A stretch of DNA of 57,696 bases from an uncultured Bacilli bacterium (GTDB lineage Bacteria; Bacillota_I; Bacilli_A; RF39; UBA660). The stretch lies in the NCBI GenBank assembly GCA_947631475.1, contig CANRLI010000001.1, forward strand, positions 1 to 57,696, in the 5' to 3' direction. The position numbers and the translations under genes were made by a program. Positions 48,450-57,660 of the stretch are shown piece after piece (position 1 is the stretch's first letter; every line of letters begins with the position of its first letter). The notes beneath the pieces are model-generated. The model ran no database searches. It was not told the DNA's origin and was given only the letters and a program-made list of their open reading frames with translations.

Positions 48450-50309
48450 CTATAGTTTAAAATCTTCGAGGAATGATTTTACTAATTTGTCGGTACGTTT
48501 TTGTATTTTATCGATAGTCCAACTATCTTGTTTAACTACGTCTTCGTTTAACTTTAAACCATTTTTATAACCAATGTATTTATTTTTTTCTTGCCTATTT
48601 TTCTTTCTGTCAAATGACATATTAGATAGTTCTCCGTTGTATCCAGTAATGGTTAAGTTGCCAAAAGTATGAGCGTATTGGACTAAATATTGATCAGCTA
48701 ACTCTTTATTTCCATCAGCTATCATTTCAACCCAGCAATCAGGAATTTTTTCACCTTCAGGGAAAATATGTTCAATAGTCCAGATATATTTATTATTTTT
48801 ATCTCTACTCCACAAATCCGTGTATCTTTCTGTATTCATATACTTTTCTTCATAATAACATAAGATAAATCTTGTAGCTTCTGGATTATCCTCATACACA
48901 TTTCCTCTTAATGCTTTTTCAAAAGTATCATCATCAGATGAATTCTTTTTCAAATACTCAGTAAGAATATTATATATTTCTTGACCTTTTTTATCTTTTA
49001 TATTAGATATTGCATCCATAAATATCTTTGTTAAATTTCTAGTATTAGGAAAATCAGTTAAATTTCTTCTAACAAAATATTTTGTTAAAAAATTTATTAC
49101 ATCAGCTACTATTTCATCTGTTATTTGTAAATCTTTTTTATTTCTTAATAAATAAAGTAATAAGATATAAGATGGTGCTCCACCAATTCGAGATAAATTA
49201 AGTAAAGGTTTCTCTAAAGTAACATTGAAATTTTTTTCAGTTGTATTATTAATTAGTAAAGCATAATTTTGAGCATCAATTTTAATACGATTTAAAAATG
49301 TATTATAATTTTTTTCGATAAGTTGAGAATAAATATTTAATAAGGTTGATTTGGTAGCTAAGGAACCTAGAGGATACTTAGTTTTGGTGTCAATAATAAA
49401 ATCTTTATTTAGTTCATCACGATATGTGTTGTAATATTGTCTAAAGAATCTTTCTTGATCAGAATATTCATCTCCTAAATAAGAAATAATGCTTTTCCAT
49501 TCATCATAACAATCGCTAGCTTTACCGTCGGCATCGGCAACTCTAATAAGTAAATTTTTAATTAAATCGATGGCAGATAATGGAACACCACGGTTATTTA
49601 AAGATTCAAATAACATATACGCATCTTTATTATTGTTTACTTCTATCGAAACAAGTATTGCTGAATTAAATAAGTCAGCTAAATTAAATAATTCGTCTAT
49701 TTTAAATTTGGTTAAATTTTCTTCTATTACTTTTTTCTCTTTAATTTTTTCATTAATATATAACTCAATGCTATTAATAAAGTAATTAAAAGCTTTATAT
49801 ATTCGGCGATTACCAGCATTATTTTTCTTCTCACAACTTTTTAGAAGGCCACACTCATACAATAAACTATTATAATCGTATTGGTTTTCTTTTTGAATTT
49901 GTAAAGTAAGACGTGGCGTATTAATATATTCGCCTTCTTCATTTTTGTTTTTATATATTAATTCATTCATTATGTTAACGTATGCTGCTGTTTGTTCATC
50001 ATTAAAATAAGTTTTAAATTCTTTTAGTTTAGTATATATAGCAAGTAACAAAATAGATAGTGTCGTAATTCTTTGTTGACCATCGATAACTTCTAAAATT
50101 ATATCATTATATGTTCCTTTACTAACATTAACAGTGATTATTGAACCTAAAAAATATTCTCTATCATTATCAACAACATCATTAAATAATAATCCCCACT
50201 CTTTATTACTCCAAGTATATTCTCTTTGATATTTAGGTATTTTATATAAGTATTTTACGTTAATTGAAAAAATATCTGCAATCTTTAATGGTTTAGTACT
50301 TATTATCAT
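48450..50309 (-). CDS. DUF262 + DUF1524 protein (GmrSD-like type IV restriction / nuclease candidate)
   Basis: N-terminal IPKYQREYTWSNKEW and IDGQQRITT (DUF262, ParB-like NTPase). C-terminal WTIEHIFPEG ... HTFGNLTI (DUF1524 His-Me finger). Own extended -10 TGCTATAAT at 50331-50339. Confidence 0.75.
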   Translation of the reverse strand: MIISTKPLKIADIFSINVKYLYKIPKYQREYTWSNKEWGLLFNDVVDNDREYFLGSIITVNVSKGTYNDIILEVIDGQQRITTLSILLLAIYTKLKEFKTYFNDEQTAAYVNIMNELIYKNKNEEGEYINTPRLTLQIQKENQYDYNSLLYECGLLKSCEKKNNAGNRRIYKAFNYFINSIELYINEKIKEKKVIEENLTKFKIDELFNLADLFNSAILVSIEVNNNKDAYMLFESLNNRGVPLSAIDLIKNLLIRVADADGKASDCYDEWKSIISYLGDEYSDQERFFRQYYNTYRDELNKDFIIDTKTKYPLGSLATKSTLLNIYSQLIEKNYNTFLNRIKIDAQNYALLINNTTEKNFNVTLEKPLLNLSRIGGAPSYILLLYLLRNKKDLQITDEIVADVINFLTKYFVRRNLTDFPNTRNLTKIFMDAISNIKDKKGQEIYNILTEYLKKNSSDDDTFEKALRGNVYEDNPEATRFILCYYEEKYMNTERYTDLWSRDKNNKYIWTIEHIFPEGEKIPDCWVEMIADGNKELADQYLVQYAHTFGNLTITGYNGELSNMSFDRKKNRQEKNKYIGYKNGLKLNEDVVKQDSWTIDKIQKRTDKLVKSFLEDFKL

Positions 50310-50438
50310 TAATTAAACACCTCATAGAATATTATAGCACGTATAGTTTAGATTAGTAAATTAATGAAGTGTTAATTATTAATTTATTATTATAAATAGA
50401 CCTATTTTGATAAGGGAATGTGGAAAATGGTTATTATT

Positions 50439-51770
50439 TTATCTTTTTTTTACTAATTCTTTAGGCATTTCTTGGGCCATTTGGTAATTACTATAACGAC
50501 TGTCTTCCGTTACTTCTTTAATAGTTTTGATAAATTCAGGAATTCTTATAGTGGCGTTTTCATCGCTTAGTTCTATTTCCATTATGGCTTGATTAGACCA
50601 TTCTGGGTAAATATCAATCTCAAAGTATTGATTATCAATTGATAGACAGTATCTTGTTTTGTGAATAGTATGTAATTTATTATCAGCTGACATTAATAAA
50701 GATAAATACTCATTTTGCGTAAGTTTTCTTTCTATTTCAACTCTTTTAAGATTAGATATTCTTCGTTTTTCAGTTAAATAATATAGATAATTGCCATCGA
50801 TACCTCTAGCTCGTATTCTTCTTTCGGTTCCGTCTTGACTTTTTAAGTAAGTTTGAGAAATATCAACTTTAGTACAATTTGGCATTTTTTCTAATTGGTT
50901 AATATTTGGATAATAAATTAAAAATTTTCTTTCTATTTCATAAGGCTCTGGTTCACCTAAAAATGAAGCAATCTCTTTTAGTAATCTTTCTAGTTTTTCT
51001 TCGAAGTCAGTACTATTATCAATAATTCTAAAATGAGGATGACCGGTCCATGCCGCTATAATTTTATCATCAAGTTGGCAAGCCTCATCGATAGTTTCGG
51101 TTCTAGCAGTATTATTAGCAAGAGTATAAAATTCAGGTTTATCTTTAGCCGCGCTCACTAAATGAAAGATAGCATCATAAGAATCCCTTTCACGTACTTC
51201 GTTAGTATTGAACTCTTGTAAAACTCTTTTAAATTCAACATCTTTCATGTATGCTTTATTATCTAAAGTCCCACGATCACATACAATAAGAATTTTATCG
51301 CTTTTCATTTTTTGAGCAGCCTCATCAAATATTTGCTCTTTGACTTTTTGTAATTTCATTTGGGACATTTGAAAATCATATCTTGATTGACAAGTCCAAG
51401 GAGAAACTCCATTAGTAATTAACTCAGTAGCAGTTTCAGGGACTAGTAGGACTGTATAACCTCTTTTAGAAAAATAATTATTAATCCAAGTTAATGCCGT
51501 AGTTTTACCAGCACATGGTCCACCAGTCAAAACAATTTTACTAATTTTAATTTGGTTAGGGTTTTCTTGACTCGCTAATAGGTCATTTAAAGGAACATTA
51601 TATAAAGCTGATAGTAATTTTAGTTTATCTAAAGTAGGTTTTGATTTACCCATTTCCCATTTACTAACTGCTTTATCACTTACATCAAGTTGATAAGCAA
51701 CAAATCTTTGAGTTAAATTATTCTCCTTTCTAAGATTAAATAAATAATTACCAAAATCAATATTTTTCAT
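50439..51770 (-). CDS. three-domain fusion: XRE-type HTH + NadR-kinase-like P-loop (AAA_28-like) + CYTH triphosphate-tunnel domain
   Basis: HTH is LRKENNLTQRFVAYQLDVSDKAVSKWEMGKSKP. P-loop is VLTGGPCAGKTT, with CDRG downstream. The CYTH start is EIERKFLI, followed by RIRARG, TEKRR, VEIERK, KTRY, FEIDIY and MEIE strands. AAGGAG SD. Confidence 0.7.
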   Translation of the reverse strand: MKNIDFGNYLFNLRKENNLTQRFVAYQLDVSDKAVSKWEMGKSKPTLDKLKLLSALYNVPLNDLLASQENPNQIKISKIVLTGGPCAGKTTALTWINNYFSKRGYTVLLVPETATELITNGVSPWTCQSRYDFQMSQMKLQKVKEQIFDEAAQKMKSDKILIVCDRGTLDNKAYMKDVEFKRVLQEFNTNEVRERDSYDAIFHLVSAAKDKPEFYTLANNTARTETIDEACQLDDKIIAAWTGHPHFRIIDNSTDFEEKLERLLKEIASFLGEPEPYEIERKFLIYYPNINQLEKMPNCTKVDISQTYLKSQDGTERRIRARGIDGNYLYYLTEKRRISNLKRVEIERKLTQNEYLSLLMSADNKLHTIHKTRYCLSIDNQYFEIDIYPEWSNQAIMEIELSDENATIRIPEFIKTIKEVTEDSRYSNYQMAQEMPKELVKKR

Positions 51771-51900
51771 TTAAACTCTCCTTACAATTACATTATACAA
51801 TAAATATTTCTTAATGTTTGCAACCAATGCTCTACTTTCGGTAGAACTTTTTTATTAAAAAATAAGATTTTATAAATAAGATTTAAATATTCTTTAAAAA

Positions 51901-51943
51901 ATATAAAACTCCAATTCATCACTAAAGAATTAGAGTTTTATAT
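51901..51943. terminator. strong hairpin terminator (bidirectional in form) after the XRE-TM gene
   Basis: ATATAAAACTC-C-AATTC ... GAATT-A-GAGTTTTATAT, flanked by A-runs and T-runs on both sides. Confidence 0.7.
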
Positions 51944-51970
51944 TTTTTTAATAATTGTTTGTTTTGTTAA

Positions 51971-52732
51971 TTATACATTTTCCCATAATAAAGTTTTATC
52001 TTTAATATTTATTAATTGTTCATCTTTCTCTTTTAATAGCTCATAGAAGTCTTCATTAACATAATAAATATGTTTTATTGCACTACAATCTAAGTTATTT
52101 GGCATATAGAGTCTGGTTTCTTGTGATTTAAAATCGATTAGCATACCATTACCGATTCTCATCATATGATTAGATGGATCATTTGATTTGAAAATTTTAT
52201 CTGCTAATGTTTGCGTAACATTTACATATAAATCATAAGTATTTTCATCTAGTTTAACTAACATAGCCAAACCATTACTATAATTTTTGAGATTTACTTT
52301 GATATATATGCCGTTATCTTGGGGAACTTCAACGTTGACAAGACCATCTTTATAATCTAGAGTAGTTTCTAATTTGAAGACAAAATGATAAATACCTAGG
52401 ATTAATACTATTAAAATTAAAGAGATGGATAAACCCGTAATAAATTTCTTTTTAGTTTTATTAATTTCTTTATTTGAGTATTCAATAGTATTTTTTAAAA
52501 CTTTTTCTACTTCATTTTTTGGCATTTTTTCTCCTTTTAATAAATCATATAGACTTATATCTAATATTTCTGTAAGTGGTATTAAAATAGAAATATCAGG
52601 AAAACACAAACCTCTTTCCCATTTTGAAATAGCCTTGTCTGTAACTAACAATTTTTTGGCTAAATCCTTTTGAGTAAGACTTTTTTGTTTGCGAGCTTCA
52701 CTAATAATTCTACCTGTTTTTTCTGGATCCAT
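51971..52732 (-). CDS. XRE-family HTH protein with a single TM helix and an extracytoplasmic C-terminal domain
   Basis: ARKQKSLTQKDLAKKLLVTDKAISKWERG HTH, TM helix GLSISLILIVLILGIYHFVF, and a ~130 aa C-terminal domain. TAAGGAGGA SD. Confidence 0.7.
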   Translation of the reverse strand: MDPEKTGRIISEARKQKSLTQKDLAKKLLVTDKAISKWERGLCFPDISILIPLTEILDISLYDLLKGEKMPKNEVEKVLKNTIEYSNKEINKTKKKFITGLSISLILIVLILGIYHFVFKLETTLDYKDGLVNVEVPQDNGIYIKVNLKNYSNGLAMLVKLDENTYDLYVNVTQTLADKIFKSNDPSNHMMRIGNGMLIDFKSQETRLYMPNNLDCSAIKHIYYVNEDFYELLKEKDEQLINIKDKTLLWENV

Positions 52733-52854
52733 TATTTTTCCTCCTTACAGCTTCATCTTAGCATAAAAAGTTTATAAGGAAAACCGACTTATAGTTTACC
52801 TACTCTTTTCTACCTAAAGTTTATTATTTTTTGTTTAATATTGTGATAAGTAAA

Positions 52855-52882
52855 AAGATAGTTAATACGTTTTAACTACCTT
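52855..52882 (-). terminator. rho-independent terminator after the MFS gene
   Basis: Minus strand reads AAGGTAGTTAA-N6-TTAACTATCTT (11 bp including one G-U) followed by a T-run. Confidence 0.65.
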
Positions 52883-52919
52883 TTTTTAATATACAATTTT
52901 TGAGATATATACTTTTTAA

Positions 52920-54131
52920 CTATTTTAATTCTAAATCACTATGATTAACTAGATTTCTTTGCTGCCATTTTTTGATTGCAAAAGCACTTATAGCAAGAAT
53001 GATTGGAAAACCAATTCCTGAAAGTATGCCAAATTGTAAATTATCTGCCATAATTTGCGATATGTTACCGACTATAGCAGGTCCTATTGAAGCACCCAAG
53101 TCACCAGCTAAAGCTAATAAAGCAAACATTGTTGTTCCGCCTTTGGGTAAAATTGATGAAGAAATACTAATAGAACCTGGCCACATAATGCCGACAGAAA
53201 AACCACATAGCATACAGCCAATTAAACCTAAAAGAGGAGTGGTGGCTAAACCGGCTAAAAGGTAACAACAAAAACACATTAAGCCAGAAAAGACCATAAA
53301 AACTTTTAAATCAATCTTGTTATTAAATTTAACATATAAAACGCGACTAAGGCCCATAAAAAAGGCAAATCCACAAGGGCCAACTAAATCGCCAATACTT
53401 TTGGAAATATTAAGAGATGATTCAGCAAAAGCTGAAGACCATTGAGCAATAACAGCCTCAGATGAACCAGCACAAATCATCAAAATAATTAATAACCAAA
53501 AAATATTAGTCTTAAAAAGTTCTTTCATGGTCATACCTTTTCCATCTTCAACAATAGGTTCAATTGGACAAGTAGCAAAATTATAAACATTGTAAAGGGG
53601 TATTAAAGCCCATATACAAGATAAAATACGCCAATGGTCTAGGCCGAATATTGTAAAAAAGATGGTTGATAATAATATAACACCTACAGCTCCCCAACAA
53701 TAAAAAGAATGTAATAAGCTCATCATGCCATCCTTATTTTCAAAAGGACAAGCTTCAATAATGGGACTACATAAAACTTCTATCAAACCACTTCCAACAG
53801 CATATATAATTGTACAAATAATAATTCCCATAAAAGGAGATGGTAAAAGATTAGGTAAAAAAGCTAGACCGATAAGACCAAGGGCGGAGGTTATCTCAGA
53901 AACTATAATACTTATTCTATATCCAATCTTATCCACAATTTTGGTACAAACAAAATCAACAATAATCTGGGTAATATAAAAACAAGTTGGAATAAGGGCA
54001 AGTTCACTAAATGAGATATTAAATGTCTTATAAAATGTAATAAATAATAGTGGTGCAAAATTAGCCGAAATAGCTTGGGTAACAAATCCCAAATAGCAGG
54101 CTAATAATGTTTTTTTATATTGTTTTTTCAT
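52920..54131 (-). CDS. MFS transporter
   Basis: About 12 TM helices. ATG 54131 follows TAGGAGAA; the track's upstream ATG (54161) has no SD. Confidence 0.8.
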   Translation of the reverse strand: MKKQYKKTLLACYLGFVTQAISANFAPLLFITFYKTFNISFSELALIPTCFYITQIIVDFVCTKIVDKIGYRISIIVSEITSALGLIGLAFLPNLLPSPFMGIIICTIIYAVGSGLIEVLCSPIIEACPFENKDGMMSLLHSFYCWGAVGVILLSTIFFTIFGLDHWRILSCIWALIPLYNVYNFATCPIEPIVEDGKGMTMKELFKTNIFWLLIILMICAGSSEAVIAQWSSAFAESSLNISKSIGDLVGPCGFAFFMGLSRVLYVKFNNKIDLKVFMVFSGLMCFCCYLLAGLATTPLLGLIGCMLCGFSVGIMWPGSISISSSILPKGGTTMFALLALAGDLGASIGPAIVGNISQIMADNLQFGILSGIGFPIILAISAFAIKKWQQRNLVNHSDLELK

Positions 54132-54211
54132 ATTTTTGATTCTCCTAAGTTTATTATCCATTTACTTAACTATGTTAGCATGAAAATTTATGTGTATCAA
54201 GAACCATTATT

Positions 54212-54280
54212 GATAAAAAAATGATATCATGACACTATTAGCATTTATTAGGCTAATGTTCATAGTATCATAATATCATT
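54212..54280 (-). terminator. long-stem rho-independent terminator closing the three-gene cassette
   Basis: Minus-strand arms AATGATATTATGATACT / AGTGTCATGATATCATT (17 bp including two G-U) with an inner ATTAGC/GCTAAT hairpin, followed by TTTTTT. Confidence 0.7.
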
Positions 54281-54284
54281 AAAA

Positions 54285-55211
54285 CTATTTTTTCTTTTTC
54301 AATAGATGTTTATCATCGCAAATATTAAATTTTTCTTCATCTATTTTAATATAATTGCCTAAAACTATTGTATCTAGAAAAGATCTAATATCTTCTTCAA
54401 TATTTTCACCTTTTACGCCCATTTGTTCGGGCCAGTTAATAAAAATGTTATTTTCCTTAATACGTAATATTTTCTTGATTTCATCAGTTGACATATTTTC
54501 ACCATAATGATGTGTCCATTGTCTATTTAGGCCATTAGTTGTTTCTGTTATTCGAAATAATATTCTTCTTGCAAATGATGGATTGCAAAAAGCAAAATAA
54601 AATTTTTGTAAGTTAATTCTTTCGCCAGGAGATTTTAATATTATATCGGTAAATAATATTTGATTTCCCACTTTGGATATTTTATAAAATTTTAAATCAA
54701 CCCTATAATCAAGACTCTCAAAGAAATCGATTAATGAAAGAGTAAGTAATCCGTTTATAAATATTTGATTTTGTGTAGTCGTCCATGGATAACTACAATT
54801 ATAATTAATTGTTATAATGTTTTGGGCATTATCATCATTGTATACTTTTCTCATTGATAATGGTAAATTATTGATAGCATTAACCACATTTGGAACACTA
54901 CCACAAATATAATTATAATAAGTTTTTTTCTTAGCAATATAAGGAAAATACTTATCTATTTGTTTCTTTTGAGCTAAAAATTTGTCAAAGTCTTCATACC
55001 AACCATTTTCAAATAATTGTAATGCTTCAGCAAAAGATTTAGTTTTCGACCAGGCGATATATTCCTCAGAAATATTATGAGATAATATTTCTCTAGTTGA
55101 AAATGTTGTTGAGGTTTTAGCTGTCTTAAGATAAGAAAGTAAATCTTGTTTATTTTTAAATGTTATTTCAAAAAAATCATAGTCATCCTTAGAATAAATA
55201 TTACTTTTCAT
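54285..55211 (-). CDS. cassette gene C: 308-aa protein of unknown function
   Basis: The start lies 3 nt after the gene B stop, with a GAAGG SD inside gene B. No catalytic motif recognised. NIITINYNCSYPWTTTQNQIFINGLLTLSLIDFFESLDYRVDLKFY could be a degenerate Rossmann/vWA-like beta-alpha-beta, which is speculative. Confidence 0.6.
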   Translation of the reverse strand: MKSNIYSKDDYDFFEITFKNKQDLLSYLKTAKTSTTFSTREILSHNISEEYIAWSKTKSFAEALQLFENGWYEDFDKFLAQKKQIDKYFPYIAKKKTYYNYICGSVPNVVNAINNLPLSMRKVYNDDNAQNIITINYNCSYPWTTTQNQIFINGLLTLSLIDFFESLDYRVDLKFYKISKVGNQILFTDIILKSPGERINLQKFYFAFCNPSFARRILFRITETTNGLNRQWTHHYGENMSTDEIKKILRIKENNIFINWPEQMGVKGENIEEDIRSFLDTIVLGNYIKIDEEKFNICDDKHLLKKKK

Positions 55212-55214
55212 ATT

Positions 55215-56546
55215 TTATGCCTTCTTTAGTGCCATTTTTTTGAATCCTTCTGAATAAATAGATGGTTCTATTCCTTCATCATCAAATCTTTGAGATATAA
55301 TATTCATATCTTCAAAATCTAATTCTTTGACTATTGTATATTGTAAAATTTGTTCAGTTGTGAATCCTGCTTCTTTTAACTTACTTGCATAGTCAATATT
55401 TCGAGTAGTAACAGTATGTCTAATTCCACAATCACTGATTATTCTTCTAAAATTCCAGAAAAATTGTAATAATTCATCATCTTTTATAATTGATTTTTCA
55501 ATTCTATGATCATAATCAAAATAAAGTTGAATAAATCTGTCTAGCGATGCAGAATCTAATTCACTTCGACCACAATACATTCGATTGGCACCATTTCCCC
55601 AGGTATTAGCGGCAGCAATTATTCTAAAATTAGGATGAGCTTTTGTATATTGACCATCTTCAAACGCCATATAAATGTTACCATTAGTCGTTGCGCCAAT
55701 GGCCGAATTTAATGATAATAAGGCAGAAGGATGACTATTATCTATTTCATCTAAAAAGAATAATCCTCCATCTTTAAATGCTTTGTAAAATTGGGTTTCT
55801 TTATACTTGCCATGAGCATCGGTAAATCCTAATAATTTATATTCTTCACTGGCATTATTTGTATAATACATTGGCAAATCCAGTGCATTGGCGACTTGTC
55901 CAGCACAAACTGATTTACCAGAGCCGGTTGGACCAATTAGCATAACTGGTAAGCCCATTTTTATTAGCTTATATATAGTTTCAAATTGTTGATGATATAA
56001 TTCTTTGTCCAAAACTTTTTCTAATTCCCCATTTTGGTAAATTTCAATTGTTCTAGGTCGAACATCTTCAATTTCAATTCTCTTCGTTGCTTTAGCGACA
56101 ATATCATTAATAACTCTTTTTTTGACATTTTCTATATAATTAGCTAATTCATACGCTTCTACAGCAGTACTTTGGATTGTTTCTTTTTGTTTTTCAATTA
56201 ATGCATTAGTCTCATCAGTCGCCTTTTTAATTAGACTCTCCTTATATTCACTAAGAGATGAAATTATTTCTTTCCTAATATCATCTCTAAATTGTTTAAT
56301 GTCATCTAAATCTTTTAGATATTGTTCCATAGTTATGCTTATACTTTCAACAAAACCTTTAATCCTACTTTTCGATAATAATCTATTAGTTAATGTATTT
56401 ATTTTGGTTTCTAAAGCAACTTTTGATTCAATTTTTTTACTAATATCTTTTCCTTCTTGATTAATTAATCTTTGAAGTTCTTTTTGTATTACTTCTTCAA
56501 TATAAATTCCTAGTTCTAATTTTTCGTCATCTGTTAGTGTCGTCAT
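55215..56546 (-). CDS. cassette gene B: AAA+ ATPase (AAA_5 / MoxR-CobS-McrB class) with a ~190-aa N-terminal coiled coil
   Basis: Walker A LIGPTGSGKS and Walker B LFFLDEIDN. FRIIAAANTWGNG and SELDSASLDRF (sensor and arginine region) are typical of the dynein-related AAA_5 class. The N-terminal half is heptad-rich and Lys/Glu-rich. The start overlaps the gene A stop (TAATG). Confidence 0.75.
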   Translation of the reverse strand: MTTLTDDEKLELGIYIEEVIQKELQRLINQEGKDISKKIESKVALETKINTLTNRLLSKSRIKGFVESISITMEQYLKDLDDIKQFRDDIRKEIISSLSEYKESLIKKATDETNALIEKQKETIQSTAVEAYELANYIENVKKRVINDIVAKATKRIEIEDVRPRTIEIYQNGELEKVLDKELYHQQFETIYKLIKMGLPVMLIGPTGSGKSVCAGQVANALDLPMYYTNNASEEYKLLGFTDAHGKYKETQFYKAFKDGGLFFLDEIDNSHPSALLSLNSAIGATTNGNIYMAFEDGQYTKAHPNFRIIAAANTWGNGANRMYCGRSELDSASLDRFIQLYFDYDHRIEKSIIKDDELLQFFWNFRRIISDCGIRHTVTTRNIDYASKLKEAGFTTEQILQYTIVKELDFEDMNIISQRFDDEGIEPSIYSEGFKKMALKKA

Positions 56547-57481
56547 TATTTTTTACCCCCTAAAACTAATTTTTTACTCTTTTCAGATGCAAATTTCTGA
56601 ATATATTCTTTAAAATTTTGAATATAGAAACTCGCATCAAAAGGAATAGTAAAATATTCTAATATCATTTCAAAATCAATGTGCTTTATATTTAGCAAAT
56701 ATTTACTTACAAACTCTAAATATTCTTCTTTTTGTTTTTTATCAAAATTATCATATACGTTAGCTAATGAGATACCAATTGGGTAACTTATTAGTATATA
56801 TACTTTCCTTTGAAGATTTTCTACTTCGGCTACAAGAGAATAATATTTATTATCATCATGACGAGGATTTTTAACTATTTTAGGATTAGTTTGAGCTAAT
56901 TCTTTTTCTTTTTCTATATATTTGGGTAGCAAAGTTTTTAGTTTTTCTAAGCAATTAATTGCATTACTAATATTTAATAAATCGAATTGTTGAGCAAAAA
57001 TATCATATCCAAAATCATTAATGTATCTATCTAAACATAATTTGCCAAATAATATCGAGATAGTTTCATCATATATCGTAGTAGAATGTAAATATCTATC
57101 ATTGTTAAGCTTCGTAATTGATTTTAATCCATGGCCTAATTCGTGGGCAGTTACTAAAATATCTAGACCATTTGTTATGCACGGAACATTAATTTGAACA
57201 TTTTGTGTAACTCCCAAAATTACCTCATTTATACAAATAGAATTTTCAGCATTAAAGTCTTCTACAAAATGAATTTTATCTTTTAAAAGTTGCAGATATG
57301 CAAGATAAAGTCTTACATCAATATCTTTAATCATATTACCTATATATTTAATTCCTATATCATTTGTTAAAAACTTGTTATGTATAGGTAATTCAATTTT
57401 AGAAGGTAAATTAGTCGTAGCAATTTCTGAATTACTAAAAGTATTTATAAATATTTTGGCATTTTCTTTGATTCCTTCCAT
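56546..57481 (-). CDS. cassette gene A: short HEXXH+E (gluzincin, M3-like) metallopeptidase
   Basis: VTAHELGHGL is followed 20 residues after the second His by YDETISILF, consistent with a third Zn-ligand Glu as in M3/thermolysin-clan enzymes. ATG 57481 lies 5 nt after GGAGG; the track start 57496 is a TTG inside the SD region. Confidence 0.65.
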   Translation of the reverse strand: MEGIKENAKIFINTFSNSEIATTNLPSKIELPIHNKFLTNDIGIKYIGNMIKDIDVRLYLAYLQLLKDKIHFVEDFNAENSICINEVILGVTQNVQINVPCITNGLDILVTAHELGHGLKSITKLNNDRYLHSTTIYDETISILFGKLCLDRYINDFGYDIFAQQFDLLNISNAINCLEKLKTLLPKYIEKEKELAQTNPKIVKNPRHDDNKYYSLVAEVENLQRKVYILISYPIGISLANVYDNFDKKQKEEYLEFVSKYLLNIKHIDFEMILEYFTIPFDASFYIQNFKEYIQKFASEKSKKLVLGGKK

Positions 57482-57505
57482 AATTACCTCCAACAATTGC
57501 GCTTT

Positions 57506-57534
57506 ATAGTAACATAAAAACAGGATTTTGGCAA
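57506..57534 (-). promoter_or_regulatory. sigma-A type promoter of the three-gene cassette (TTGCCA-17-TACTAT)
   Basis: -35 at 57529-57534 and -10 at 57506-57511, ~25 nt upstream of the gene A start. Confidence 0.5.
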
Positions 57535-57660
57535 AAATATGTACTATTTTAAAGAATAAAAGTTTTAATATCTTTACGATGGTTATTTAAATTAATTATC
57601 TGGCTTACTATGGAAAGGTAATTTTTTTAAAATCTTAGTTTCGGAATATTTTGTTGTATC

